From Gammaproteobacteria bacterium (lineage in GTDB: Bacteria; Pseudomonadota; Gammaproteobacteria; Ga0077536), in assembly GCA_038116745.1 (NCBI GenBank), contig JAYODW010000020.1:444-64443 (forward strand): DNA of 64,000 bases, written 5' to 3'. The notes beneath the pieces are model-generated. The model worked only from the letters and a program-made list of their open reading frames with translations. It did no database searches and was not told the origin of the DNA. Position numbers and translations under genes: made by a program. Below are positions 9,410 to 18,970 of the stretch, in pieces. Position 1 is the stretch's first letter, and each line of letters begins with the position of its first letter.

Positions 9410-10342
9410 TCAGTCCAGCGCCTCGGTCATAGCGGGGACCTCTTTGAACAGGTCGCCAACCAGGCCGTAGTCCGCCACGCCGAAAATCGGCGCTTCTTCA
9501 TCCTTATTGATCGCCACGATCACTTTTGAATCTTTCATTCCGGCGAGATGCTGAATCGCGCCGGAAATGCCTACCGCGACGTACAGTGTCGGAGCAACCA
9601 CCTTGCCGGTCTGCCCCACCTGATAATCGTTTGGAACATATCCCGCATCGACCGCGGCGCGTGACGCACCCACGGCCGCCCCCAGCTTGTCCGCGAGGGC
9701 CTCGATGATGGCGAAGTTCTCAGAGCTGCCTACGCCACGCCCACCCGAAACGATGATGTCGGCTGCCGTCAGTTCCGGCCGGTCAGATTTGGTCAGCTCC
9801 TCGCCGATGAATTGGGAAGCGCCGCTGGCCGCGCTGCCCTCGACTGTCTCCACGGTGCCACTACCACCCGTCGCTGCCGCAGCGTCGTAGGCAGTCGTGC
9901 GCACGGTGATGACTTTCTTTGCGTCGCTGCTGCGCACCGTGGCTATCACATTGCCTGCATAGATCGGCCGCACGAAGGTGTCTGCGCTCTCGATGCCGAT
10001 AATGTCGGAAATCTGCGCCACGTCGAGCAGCGCGGCGACCCGCGGCATCACGTTTTTGCCTGTGGTCGTCGCGGCAGCGAGCAGATGCTCGTAGGGCTCG
10101 GCCAGGCTGACCAGCAGCGGCGCAAGATTTTCTGCCAGCGCATGCCCGTAGGCTTCGCTGTCGCAGAACAGGACTTTACGTACGCCACTAACCTGCGCTG
10201 CAGCCTCTGCCACGGCCGCACAGCCGCTGCCCGCGACAAGCACATCCACATCGCTACCGAGAACCTGCGCGCCGGCGACTGCATTAAGGGTCGCCGGGTT
10301 GAGTTCTGCGTTGTTATGTTCAGCAAGTACCAGAGCAGTCAT
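9410..10342 (-). CDS. etfA: Electron transfer flavoprotein alpha subunit
   Basis: 310 aa with a typical ETF-alpha C-terminal FAD domain (VSGGRGVGS...[16 protein letters not shown]). The ATG lies 1 nt after the etfB stop. Confidence 0.92.
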   Translation of the reverse strand: MTALVLAEHNNAELNPATLNAVAGAQVLGSDVDVLVAGSGCAAVAEAAAQVSGVRKVLFCDSEAYGHALAENLAPLLVSLAEPYEHLLAAATTTGKNVMPRVAALLDVAQISDIIGIESADTFVRPIYAGNVIATVRSSDAKKVITVRTTAYDAAAATGGSGTVETVEGSAASGASQFIGEELTKSDRPELTAADIIVSGGRGVGSSENFAIIEALADKLGAAVGASRAAVDAGYVPNDYQVGQTGKVVAPTLYVAVGISGAIQHLAGMKDSKVIVAINKDEEAPIFGVADYGLVGDLFKEVPAMTEALD

Positions 10343-10343
10343 T

Positions 10344-11093
10344 TCAGATCACCTTTGCTTCGTTGCGCAGCTTGTCAATGAGAGCCGCCACATCGGGCAC
10401 CTTGACCCCGCCCTGACGCACTGGTGGCTCCGCCACCTTCACCAGGTGAAGACGCGGCGCGATATCCACCCCGAGATCGGCGGGCGTGACGGTATCCAGC
10501 GGTTTCTTCTTAGCTTTCATGATGTTGGGCAGTTTGACGTAGCGCGGCTCGTTCAGCCGCAGGTCGGATGTCACCACCGCAGGCAGGCTTAGCTTTATCG
10601 TCTGGATGCCGCCGTCGATTTCGCGACGAACCTGAACCTGCTCCCCCATCAGCTCGACGCCGCAGGCAAAGGTTCCCTGCGGCCAGCCAAGGAGGGCCGC
10701 AACCATCTGTCCGGTCTGGTTGGAGTCATCGTCGATGGCCTGTTTGCCCAGAAAAACCAGTCCGGGCTGCTCTTTATCGACCACGGCCTTAATCAGCTTG
10801 GCCACCGCCAGCGGCTGCACCTCTTCGTCGGTCTCAATCAGAATCGAACGATCAATTCCCATGGCCATGGCGGTGCGCAACGTCTCCTGGCACTGCTTGG
10901 GGCCAATGGACACCGCGATCGTCTCGGTCGCGTGTCCTGCCTCCTGGATCCTGAGGGCTTCCTCAACAGCAATCTCATCGAAAGGATTCATCGACATCTT
11001 GACGTTAGCGAGGTCGACTCCCGAACCATCTGCCTTCGGGCGTGCTTTGACGTTGTAATCGATGGCGCGTTTCACGGCCACTAGGATCTTCAT
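10344..11093 (-). CDS. etfB: Electron transfer flavoprotein beta subunit
   Basis: Lies in ORF 10344..11105. The preferred start is [13 protein letters not shown] at 11093, with GGAG 6 nt upstream. Confidence 0.92.
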   Translation of the reverse strand: MKILVAVKRAIDYNVKARPKADGSGVDLANVKMSMNPFDEIAVEEALRIQEAGHATETIAVSIGPKQCQETLRTAMAMGIDRSILIETDEEVQPLAVAKLIKAVVDKEQPGLVFLGKQAIDDDSNQTGQMVAALLGWPQGTFACGVELMGEQVQVRREIDGGIQTIKLSLPAVVTSDLRLNEPRYVKLPNIMKAKKKPLDTVTPADLGVDIAPRLHLVKVAEPPVRQGGVKVPDVAALIDKLRNEAKVI

Positions 11094-11210
11094 GCCTTTC
11101 TCCAACTCTTAGTCGGGCTCCTCGACGAGCGCAGAACAGCGTCGGACGTCGCACGGCCCGCACGCTCGAGTTCCCTGGTTTCACTTCTGCACGGCCAGCG
11201 CGCCCCCGCC

Positions 11211-11227
11211 GACTGACGTCGTCAGTC
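11211..11227. promoter_or_regulatory. Candidate operator: 8-bp inverted repeat GACTGACG-T-CGTCAGTC in the etfB/gcdH divergent region
   Basis: A perfect palindrome seen directly, and the only such element in the 365-bp non-coding gap. The binding protein is unknown. Confidence 0.25.
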
Positions 11228-11470
11228 CCGCGGCGCCGCTCCATCAGGCCCCATGTCAGACCTCTTCCAGGCCCGACGTTCAGCGGGGCAGGATGCTACC
11301 AATAACGACCTGCGCAATAAAGGTTTCCGCTTAATACTCACAGGCTTATACGCACCTGCGCGGGCGCCGGATTCCGCCTCGGCGGAAGAAAAAAAAGGTG
11401 CGGTGCTATAGTTCGCGCCCGTCCCGTATACCCGTCGTCACCCCTTTGAACCAACCATTACGAGACCCCG

Positions 11471-12682
11471 ATGAACAGTCAGATTCACGTACCCGCCCCG
11501 ACTGCCGAAGCGCCATTCAACTGGGAAGACCCACTGGGTCTGCAGAGCCAGCTGAGCGAAGACGAGCGCCTCGTCAGCGAAGCAGCGCGGGATTTCTGCC
11601 GAGACCGGTTGCTGCCGGGTATCCGCGATGCACACCGCCATGAATGCTTTGACCGGGGTCTGATGGTGGCTTTCGGCGAGCACGGCTTCCTTGGCCCGAC
11701 GATCCCCGAAGCCTACGGCGGTGCGGGTCTCAGCTACGTGAGCTATGGCCTCATCGCACGTGAAGTGGAGCGTATTGATTCCGGCTATCGTTCGGCCATG
11801 AGCGTGCAGTCGAGTCTGGTGATGCACCCCATCTACGCCTATGGCACGGAAGCACAACGACAGAAGTACCTGCCTCGCCTCGCGCGCGGAGAGTGGGTCG
11901 GCTGCTTCGGCCTGACGGAACCGGATCACGGTTCAGATCCCGGGGGCATGAAAACCCGCGCAAAATCGGTCCCGGGAGGGTATCGCCTGTCGGGAAGCAA
12001 GATGTGGATCTCCAACGCACCGATAGCTGACGTTTTCGTCATCTGGGCAAAAACTGACGATGACGTCATTCGGGGATTCGTCCTGGAAAAAGGCATGGAA
12101 GGCTTATCAGCGCCCAAAATCGAGGGCAAATTCTCTCTGCGCGCGTCAATTACCGGCGAAATTGTCATGGACGACGTTCTGGTCACGGAAGAACACCTGC
12201 TGCCGAACGTCCGCGGCCTGCGGGGTCCGTTCGGCTGTCTGAATCGCGCCCGCTACGGGATTGCGTGGGGCGCGATGGGCGCAGCAGAGTTCTGCTGGCT
12301 GGCTGCCCGCGATTACACGTTGGCCCGGCAACAGTTCGGACGTCCGCTGGCCGCCAATCAGCTGATCCAGAAAAAACTGGCAGACATGCAGACCGAGATC
12401 GCTCTCGGCTACCAGGCGGCGCTTGCCGTGGGTCGCATGATCGATGGCGGCACCGGCGCGCCGGAGAGCATCTCCCTCATAAAACGCAACAATTGCGGCA
12501 AGGCGCTCGACATCGCTCGCATGGCGAGAGACATGCACGGTGGCAACGGCATCTCTGATGAATATCATGTGATTCGCCACGTACTGAATCTCGAGGCGGT
12601 GAATACTTACGAAGGGACGCACGACGTACATGCTTTAATCCTGGGGCGTGCCCAGACCGGACTGCAGGCGTTCACCGGCTGA
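11471..12682 (+). CDS. gcdH: Glutaryl-CoA dehydrogenase
   Basis: 403 aa with FNWEDPLGL...LSEDERL at the N-terminus, [17 protein letters not shown], and [16 protein letters not shown] near the C-terminus. All are typical of GCDH. Confidence 0.9.
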   Translation: MNSQIHVPAPTAEAPFNWEDPLGLQSQLSEDERLVSEAARDFCRDRLLPGIRDAHRHECFDRGLMVAFGEHGFLGPTIPEAYGGAGLSYVSYGLIAREVERIDSGYRSAMSVQSSLVMHPIYAYGTEAQRQKYLPRLARGEWVGCFGLTEPDHGSDPGGMKTRAKSVPGGYRLSGSKMWISNAPIADVFVIWAKTDDDVIRGFVLEKGMEGLSAPKIEGKFSLRASITGEIVMDDVLVTEEHLLPNVRGLRGPFGCLNRARYGIAWGAMGAAEFCWLAARDYTLARQQFGRPLAANQLIQKKLADMQTEIALGYQAALAVGRMIDGGTGAPESISLIKRNNCGKALDIARMARDMHGGNGISDEYHVIRHVLNLEAVNTYEGTHDVHALILGRAQTGLQAFTG

Positions 12683-12727
12683 CAGCGCTGGTCCCGACAC
12701 GCAGCCCCCTGAGAAAGGAGAACTTCC

Positions 12728-13516
12728 GTGGAGCTAGAAACTCACCTGATAAACGCGCTCATTGCGCTGGCAATCTTTATCGTTGGCCGCTGGGCGGCAG
12801 GTCTGATCGCTAACCTGTTCAAGTCCTCTCTCGAACGCCACGGCACGGACCCGCTGCTGGTCGCCTTCGGCGCCAACGTAGTCCGCATTGGTTTACTCGC
12901 GTTCGTTGTCATCGCGGCCCTCGGCCAACTCGGCGTGCAGACCACCTCATTTGTCGCTGTGGTGGGTGCCGCAGGACTGGCCATCGCTCTGGCATTTCAA
13001 AGTTCCCTGTCCAATCTGGCGGCCGGCGTGCTGCTGGTGACCTTCCGTCCGTTCAAGCTCGGTGACTTCATTGAAGCCGGCGGCACCTCGGGAGTAGTCG
13101 AAAAAATTGAGATTTTCACCACCCAGCTGCGCAGTGGAGACAACAAAACCATCATTGTTCCCAACGGTGCAGTACTCGGCAGTAACGTGGTCAACTACTC
13201 CACGAAAGACACCCGGCGCGTCGATCTTGTCGTAGGCGTCAGCTACGAAGACGACATCGACCATGTGAAACGGGTTCTCGAGGAAATCATGGCCAACGAC
13301 TCACGAATTCTCCCTGAACCGCCCCCGACCATCGGGGTTCTCGAACTGGCGGACTCCAGCGTGAATTTTGCCGTGCGGCCGTGGGTAGCCAGCGGTGATT
13401 ATTGGCCGACTCTTTTCGACCTCAACGAAACCATCAAGAAACGTTTCGACAGCGAGAAGATCAGCATCCCCTACCCGCAGACGGATGTGCATCTGCGCTC
13501 TGAAAAAGCGGCTTGA
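12728..13516 (+). CDS. Small-conductance mechanosensitive channel (MscS family)
   Basis: 262 aa with a GTG start after AGGAG. It has three N-terminal TM helices, then FRPFKLGDFIE...G.V..I.I..T and NY..KDTRRVDL blocks. Confidence 0.85.
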   Translation: MELETHLINALIALAIFIVGRWAAGLIANLFKSSLERHGTDPLLVAFGANVVRIGLLAFVVIAALGQLGVQTTSFVAVVGAAGLAIALAFQSSLSNLAAGVLLVTFRPFKLGDFIEAGGTSGVVEKIEIFTTQLRSGDNKTIIVPNGAVLGSNVVNYSTKDTRRVDLVVGVSYEDDIDHVKRVLEEIMANDSRILPEPPPTIGVLELADSSVNFAVRPWVASGDYWPTLFDLNETIKKRFDSEKISIPYPQTDVHLRSEKAA

Positions 13517-13794
13517 AGTACTCTCTCGGGCTGTGCTTGAATCGCGCGGTCCAGTCAGAGTTCACTGGAAAAGCTTGGGCGATCAGCACTCTGGTCGCCC
13601 ATAGGTTTCCTCCGCCAGAAGCTTACGAGCGCTGCCGTCATCACGACCGGACTGCGCTCTCTCCCGCATCGGCGCCAGCGTGAGCAGTCCTTTTTGTGCT
13701 GCTGGCCGGCAGCGATCAGGCTCCGAACCGGGACTCTGGTTTCCCGTTTTTCGCCGGCGTCTCTGGACAGCGCCCTTATAAGGATAATGAATCG

Positions 13795-14160
13795 ATGAAT
13801 ATTTACGTGGGCAACCTGCCCTACAGTGTCAAAAGTCAGGAGCTCAGAGAGGCTTTCGAGGCCTTCGGCACCGTGTCTTCAGCGGAGGTTATCTTTGACC
13901 GCCGCACCAAACGTTCCCGTGGCTACGGTTTTGTTGAGATGCCGGATGCCAGCCAGGGCAAGAAGGCTGTCGAGAGCATGAACGGCAGCGACTTCCAGGG
14001 TCGAGAACTCCGTGTCGACGAATCGCAGCCACGCGAGCAGAAGGAGTCGCAACGCCGGGAAAGAGGGCCAAACCAGGGCGAACATCGCTCATCCCGCTCC
14101 GCGCAAGCGGAATCTTCCAGTGGCGGCGTATTCGGTTTTGTGAAAAAGCTGTTCAGCTGA
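13795..14160 (+). CDS. RRM-type RNA-binding protein
   Basis: Lies in ORF 13696..14160. The start at 13795 gives MNIYVGNLPYS (RNP2) and RGYGFVEM (RNP1), followed by a charged, R/S/E-rich tail. Confidence 0.85.
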   Translation: MNIYVGNLPYSVKSQELREAFEAFGTVSSAEVIFDRRTKRSRGYGFVEMPDASQGKKAVESMNGSDFQGRELRVDESQPREQKESQRRERGPNQGEHRSSRSAQAESSSGGVFGFVKKLFS

Positions 14161-14170
14161 CCGGTCTTTC

Positions 14171-14485
14171 GTGCAGTCACCGGATACCTTTCCGTCCACC
14201 ATACCGGCCGCAGCGCGGCCGGCCTGGACTGCCTACCTGGAAATGACCGCCAGCAAGCAGGCTCATCTGGAGGCGCTCGAGAACGTCAACAGCGCATCGG
14301 GTCGACAGCACGCCCTGGCAGCAGGCGCCCGGCTTGAAAGCCTGCTCCAGGCGCACGACATCTGCGTAAAAGCGTTCGCGCACCTGAGCCGGGAGCTCGC
14401 CCATAGCGACGCCGACGCGCACCGTGCACTAATCGATGCCATCAACGTGGCGAATCAGGCGCTCTCCGTCTCGCGACCGAACTGA
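14171..14485 (+). CDS. Hypothetical small protein (helical, Ala/Leu-rich)
   Basis: The ORF has a GTG start 11 nt after the RRM gene stop and high GC3 consistent with coding. There is no clear RBS, and no family was recognised. Confidence 0.35.
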   Translation: MQSPDTFPSTIPAAARPAWTAYLEMTASKQAHLEALENVNSASGRQHALAAGARLESLLQAHDICVKAFAHLSRELAHSDADAHRALIDAINVANQALSVSRPN

Positions 14486-14494
14486 ACCACCGGG

Positions 14495-15403
14495 TCAGGT
14501 CTTTTCGTCCAGAGTGCCACCGTCGTCCCACAGCCTCGTGGCAGCGGCGTAGTACTCGGGTTTCCCCGTGGTCCAGATCTCCCCCCAGTGCTGACCACCT
14601 CCGTCAACTACCAAAGTCTCGCCATTGACGAAACGCCCGCCGGGCCCGCCGACAAACAGACAGGCTTCCGCGATTTCCCACGGTGATCCCTGGCGCATCA
14701 TCGGATTGGTCCGCGGGTAGCGCGTCCGCGCCTGCTCTGAATAAACCGCCCAGCCCTCGGTCTGCACCGCGCCCGGTGCGACGCAGTTCACACGGATCCC
14801 GAAAGGCGCCCATTCGACCGCAGCCTTCGCGGAAAATGCCATGACCCCTGCGCGGGCGGCGGAAGTGTGGGCGACTCCATAAAGCCCCTGATTCACAACG
14901 ACAACGTTGACGATACTTCCGCCTTTGCCCTGCTCCCGCCAGGCTTGTGCGGCGACCTGCATCATGTGCCAGGTCCCGTGCAGATTGGTGTTTATCACCG
15001 TCTGCCAGCCTTTTTCAGCGTAGTCGATAGACGCCTGAGGAAACTGACCGCCAGCGCTGTTGATCAGAACATCCACTGACACGCCGCGCTGCCGGAGCCC
15101 CTCGAACACTGCCTCAACTGCGTCGCGGTCACGAATATCGAGAACTTCGTACGAGATCTCTGCTTCCGTCTGCGCCCTGATGGCGGTGGAAACCGTTTCG
15201 AGCTTGCTCTCGGTGCGCCCCCCGATAATCACGCGCGCCCCCGTCCGCGCCGCCAACCAGGCAGTTGCACGTCCGATCCCGCTGCCCCCGCCGGAGACAA
15301 AGACTGTCCGCCCCTGGAGCATGTCCGGCGCAAATACAGTTTTCTGTCCGGCCAGTTCGGCGTCTGTAGTCGGGATTTGGACCGGCTCGAACATGCTGTT
15401 CAT
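14495..15403 (-). CDS. SDR-family oxidoreductase (LvaD-position)
   Basis: 302 aa with a VSGGGSGIGRA cofactor motif. An ATGA overlap links it to the upstream ACAD. Confidence 0.85.
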   Translation of the reverse strand: MNSMFEPVQIPTTDAELAGQKTVFAPDMLQGRTVFVSGGGSGIGRATAWLAARTGARVIIGGRTESKLETVSTAIRAQTEAEISYEVLDIRDRDAVEAVFEGLRQRGVSVDVLINSAGGQFPQASIDYAEKGWQTVINTNLHGTWHMMQVAAQAWREQGKGGSIVNVVVVNQGLYGVAHTSAARAGVMAFSAKAAVEWAPFGIRVNCVAPGAVQTEGWAVYSEQARTRYPRTNPMMRQGSPWEIAEACLFVGGPGGRFVNGETLVVDGGGQHWGEIWTTGKPEYYAAATRLWDDGGTLDEKT

Positions 15404-16593
15404 TTGAGTAACTCACGGCTGATGATGAGCTTTCGCACTTCCGTGGTCCCGGCGCCAATCTCAAGAAGTTTGTTGCCACGATAGAGGCGGTTTATCTCAC
15501 TCTCCCAGATGTAGCCGATCCCGCCGTGGACCTGCACCGCCTCATCCAGCACGCGATTGAGCATATTTGCGCAATACATCACCGACGCAGCTGTGTTGGC
15601 ATGGACCATACCGCGCCCGCCGCCACCGACCTCCAGATGATTCACCTCGGCGAGAACTTTGAAGTTCAGCGCCTTCATGCTTTCTATCCAGACATACATG
15701 TCCGCCAGTTTGGACTGGATCATCTGGAACTCACTGATGGGTTTGCCGAACTGCTCGCGCATACGGGCGTATTCAACGCTCAGCTCGAGCGCCCGCTCAG
15801 CCATGCCGACACACAACGGCGAAATCATCGCGCGTTCCAGATCCAGCCCGCTCATCACGACCGCCACGCCATCGTTCTCTGCACCGACACGGTTCTCGAC
15901 CGGGACCTCGCAGTTATCGAAGACCAGTTCACCGGTCGGGCTGCCGCGGAAACCCATCTTCCTGAGCTTCTGCGCCACTGAGAATCCAGGAAAATCTTTT
16001 TCCACGATGAAAGCCGAAATTCCGTGCGCCCCCTGATCCGGAGCGGTCTTGGCGTAGACGAGCAGCACATCGGCCACCGGGCCATTGGTGATGTAGAGCT
16101 TGCGTCCGTTGAGCAGATAGCAATCGCCTTCCCGTCGCGCCGTTGTGCGCATGGAACCGAGTGCATCGCTGCCGGCGCCCGGCTCGGTCAAACCCAGCGC
16201 GCCAACCGATTTGCCGCTGCACAAACCAGGCAGATATTTCGCACGCTGCTCCTCGCTAGCGTTGCGGAAAATGTTGTTGAGGCAGAGGTTGTCATGCGCG
16301 ACCCAGCTCAAAGCCAGAGCGTAGTTCCAGCGGGAGAACGCCTGCCCCACGAGCCCGGCAGTGAACAGATCAAGCCCCTGCCCGCCGTAAGCCTCCGGCA
16401 CGCTCAGACCGAAATACCCCGCCTCACCGATGGCCTGAAAAGCCTCTGCCGGCCACCACTCCTCGTCATCCATTCGCTGAGCTATCGGGTACATCACGTC
16501 CCGTGCGAATCGATCGGCTGCGTCGAGCATGGCCTGCTGATCTGTTGAGAGCGCGAACGCACCTGCTGAACCAGTGATTGCCTCATCCCCCAT
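15400..16593 (-). CDS. Acyl-CoA dehydrogenase (isovaleryl-CoA-DH-like C-terminus; LvaC-position)
   Basis: 397 aa with GLTEPGAGSD and C-terminal LLEIGAGTTEVRKLIISREL. Confidence 0.9.
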   Translation of the reverse strand: MGDEAITGSAGAFALSTDQQAMLDAADRFARDVMYPIAQRMDDEEWWPAEAFQAIGEAGYFGLSVPEAYGGQGLDLFTAGLVGQAFSRWNYALALSWVAHDNLCLNNIFRNASEEQRAKYLPGLCSGKSVGALGLTEPGAGSDALGSMRTTARREGDCYLLNGRKLYITNGPVADVLLVYAKTAPDQGAHGISAFIVEKDFPGFSVAQKLRKMGFRGSPTGELVFDNCEVPVENRVGAENDGVAVVMSGLDLERAMISPLCVGMAERALELSVEYARMREQFGKPISEFQMIQSKLADMYVWIESMKALNFKVLAEVNHLEVGGGGRGMVHANTAASVMYCANMLNRVLDEAVQVHGGIGYIWESEINRLYRGNKLLEIGAGTTEVRKLIISRELLK

Positions 16594-16660
16594 TGATACG
16601 ACTCCTATGGACTATCGACCTGCGACCACATCAAAGCGCCCTGGAAGCAGGTCAGAATTT

Positions 16661-17440
16661 CTATCTGCCCTGACGGGCGGCAAAGAAAGCCTTGAGTGCC
16701 GCCAGTGTTTCCGGGGCTGAGACGTTCTCTGCGATCTGTCTCCCTTCAAGCTCGAGTTGCGTTTCGAGGTTATTGGATAGGCTCTGCCGCAGCAGGCGTT
16801 TAGCGCGCCCTACAGCGTTACTTGGCGCCTGCGCGAGCTGCTGGAGGGTCCGCTCAACTTCGGACGCGAAGCCATCATCGTCGACCACCCGTGCAATCAG
16901 CCCCAGCTCCTCGGCCTGCTCTGCGCTCAGAGTCGGGTTCAGCGCCATGATATCGAAGGCGCGCTGAGTGCCGACCAGGCGTGGCAGAAACCATGTTGCG
17001 CCACCGTCCGGGGTAAGCCCGGAACGGGTGTAAGCAAGATTGAAACGCGCAGAGCGCGTGGCGATCGCGAGGTCACTCATCATCACCAGGCTCATTCCGC
17101 CACCGGCAGCAGTACCGTTGACGGCACACACCACCGGCACCTCCAGGCGATTGAGCACCGTAATGGCGAGATGAAAAAAACCGGCCATCTCGCGCACGTG
17201 CTCTCGCAGATGTTGACCCTTGCTCAGAAACTCATTCAGATCGCCACCAACGGAAAATTCTTTTCCGCGTGCGGTCAGCAAAACCACCCGCACGCTGGGG
17301 TCACTTTCACACCCGATCGCCGCCTGTGCCAGCTCTCGCGTGAACTGAGCGCCGACGACGTTGTGGTTGACAGCATCGTCAATCACGATGCGGGCAATCC
17401 CCTGTTCCACCGAAAAATCAATCTTGCGTGCATCGCTCAT
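16661..17440 (-). CDS. Enoyl-CoA hydratase/isomerase (crotonase fold)
   Basis: 259 aa with VCAVNGTAAGGGMSL oxyanion-hole region. Confidence 0.9.
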   Translation of the reverse strand: MSDARKIDFSVEQGIARIVIDDAVNHNVVGAQFTRELAQAAIGCESDPSVRVVLLTARGKEFSVGGDLNEFLSKGQHLREHVREMAGFFHLAITVLNRLEVPVVCAVNGTAAGGGMSLVMMSDLAIATRSARFNLAYTRSGLTPDGGATWFLPRLVGTQRAFDIMALNPTLSAEQAEELGLIARVVDDDGFASEVERTLQQLAQAPSNAVGRAKRLLRQSLSNNLETQLELEGRQIAENVSAPETLAALKAFFAARQGR

Positions 17441-17537
17441 GTCAGTTTCCTCGCGCTGTGTTCAAACAATTGCCGGCTTGTCGCCGCTGGGAACAGGCTA
17501 CGCCTGACCGGGACCGGCGTAGACCGTCCCCCGGTTG

Positions 17538-17915
17538 TCACAGTCTGTGCAGTTCAGCCAATACGTCCGGCTTGCTCACTCTGACCTTGTCCACCACATG
17601 CCCGAGCAGCTCCGCATGCAGCTGATCGAGCGAGCTGTCAAAGTCACCCCGGCGGATCAGTGCGCACAAGTCGGCGCTCGCTTCCCGCGCCGACGCCTTG
17701 CCCCCGTCTGCAGCGCCAGTCAGTGCCCGGATACGTGCATCATCGGCCGTGGCCTGATGCTCCCACTCGCCGAGTTCACGTTGCGCGATTTCGAGCAGAT
17801 AGACCGAGCACAGCGCATGGTAGCGATCGCGTCCCGATAAGCGCGGTGTGATTTCGGTCACGAACTCTTTGACCGCGTCCAGAAGGCCCGGCAAATCCGG
17901 TGCGTCATGCGGCAT
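17538..17915 (-). CDS. Small (125 aa) helical protein partnered with the kinase (LvaB-like position; DUF6285-like)
   Basis: It starts 9 nt after the kinase stop. The N-terminus reads PDLPGLLDAVKEFV...RYHALCSVYLLEIAQREL. The assignment rests on size, position and my recollection of the family. Confidence 0.6.
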   Translation of the reverse strand: MPHDAPDLPGLLDAVKEFVTEITPRLSGRDRYHALCSVYLLEIAQRELGEWEHQATADDARIRALTGAADGGKASAREASADLCALIRRGDFDSSLDQLHAELLGHVVDKVRVSKPDVLAELHRL

Positions 17916-17924
17916 GCAGCATCC

Positions 17925-18950
17925 TCAGTCGTAGTGGCCAGAAATGGTCATGAGCAGGTCATATTCGATCAACGATGTGTTGCGCCCGCAGGCGGCAAAA
18001 GCCGGCGAGCGTCGCCGGCCGGATTGATGCCCGAAAATCTGCATCAGGTTATACAGCGCCCAGCGCATGAGCCCGAAGATCTCCCACCAGCGGGCAGCCT
18101 GAGGATCAACAGGCGTGCCGCCGGCGCGTTCGTAGGCGTGATAGAGCGCCGCCCTCTGGCCCAGTCCGCCAGCCGGACGATCGGTCCGGTGAAGGCGCCA
18201 CGAGCGGGTGCAGAACCAGCCCAGATCTTCCAGCGCATCGCCGAAATGTGCGCATTCCCAATCCAGCAGCGCGCGCAGTCCTTCGGTGGCGACCAGCATA
18301 TTGCCAAGCCGGAAATCACCGTGCACGAGCACTTTGCCCGCGCTCTGAGGGCGGTTGATATCCAGCCAGCGCAGCGCGTACTCGATGACCGGATGCGGCT
18401 CTTCCCAGAGATCGTAGTAATGCGTCCACGCCGCCAGCGGATCACCGCTCTCGCGCACGTCACGCAAACCATCGAGCGCCGGTTCGCGGATGTCGATCGC
18501 ATGCAGCCGCGCCAGGCAGGCACCCGCCTGCTCCAGGAAACGCGTGCGCGCAGTGGCAAACGAGGCGGCTGTAAGCAATGTCTTCGGCAGGCTCTCTCCG
18601 CGGATCGCCCCGACGACGTAGCCATCGCCCATCCCGTCGGCCGGCTCAAGCATGAAAACCGGCTCGGGTACCGGTAGACCATGCTCAAACGCAACTCTCA
18701 GTACCGGGTACTGGCGCGACGCTGGTAGAAATGGCGTGTAGTCCGCCGAGATCGTCTCCTGACGCAGCACGAGCCGACGTGCAGCGGCCTGCTCATGCAG
18801 GTCAAACAGCAGGGTCCGGTTCGATCCACCGACCGTGGTCGGCGTGACATTCCCAATCCTGGCCTGCGTGCCAAACCGGCGGCGCACCGCCGCTTGCAGC
18901 TGCTCCACCGCGACCAGCGTATCGGCGTCGAGGGACGTCGCCGCGCTCAT
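17925..18950 (-). CDS. Phosphotransferase-family (APH/ACAD10-N-terminal-like) kinase (LvaA-position)
   Basis: 341 aa with Brenner/APH catalytic block VLVHGDFRLGNML and LLDWECAHFGD. Confidence 0.85.
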   Translation of the reverse strand: MSAATSLDADTLVAVEQLQAAVRRRFGTQARIGNVTPTTVGGSNRTLLFDLHEQAAARRLVLRQETISADYTPFLPASRQYPVLRVAFEHGLPVPEPVFMLEPADGMGDGYVVGAIRGESLPKTLLTAASFATARTRFLEQAGACLARLHAIDIREPALDGLRDVRESGDPLAAWTHYYDLWEEPHPVIEYALRWLDINRPQSAGKVLVHGDFRLGNMLVATEGLRALLDWECAHFGDALEDLGWFCTRSWRLHRTDRPAGGLGQRAALYHAYERAGGTPVDPQAARWWEIFGLMRWALYNLMQIFGHQSGRRRSPAFAACGRNTSLIEYDLLMTISGHYD

Positions 18951-18970
18951 TTCTGCTCCCGTGACACCGG

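Noticed and set aside
11005-11244. 79-aa minus-strand ORF in the etfB-gcdH intergenic region
   Set aside because: It overlaps the etfB 5' end, is Arg-rich and lacks an RBS. The region is better explained as a divergent promoter/operator region.
11372-11396. Hairpin TTCCGCC-TC-GGCGGAA followed by an A8 run, considered as a terminator
   Set aside because: On the plus strand the stem is followed by A's rather than T's. On the minus strand the T-run precedes the stem. No upstream gene would terminate here.
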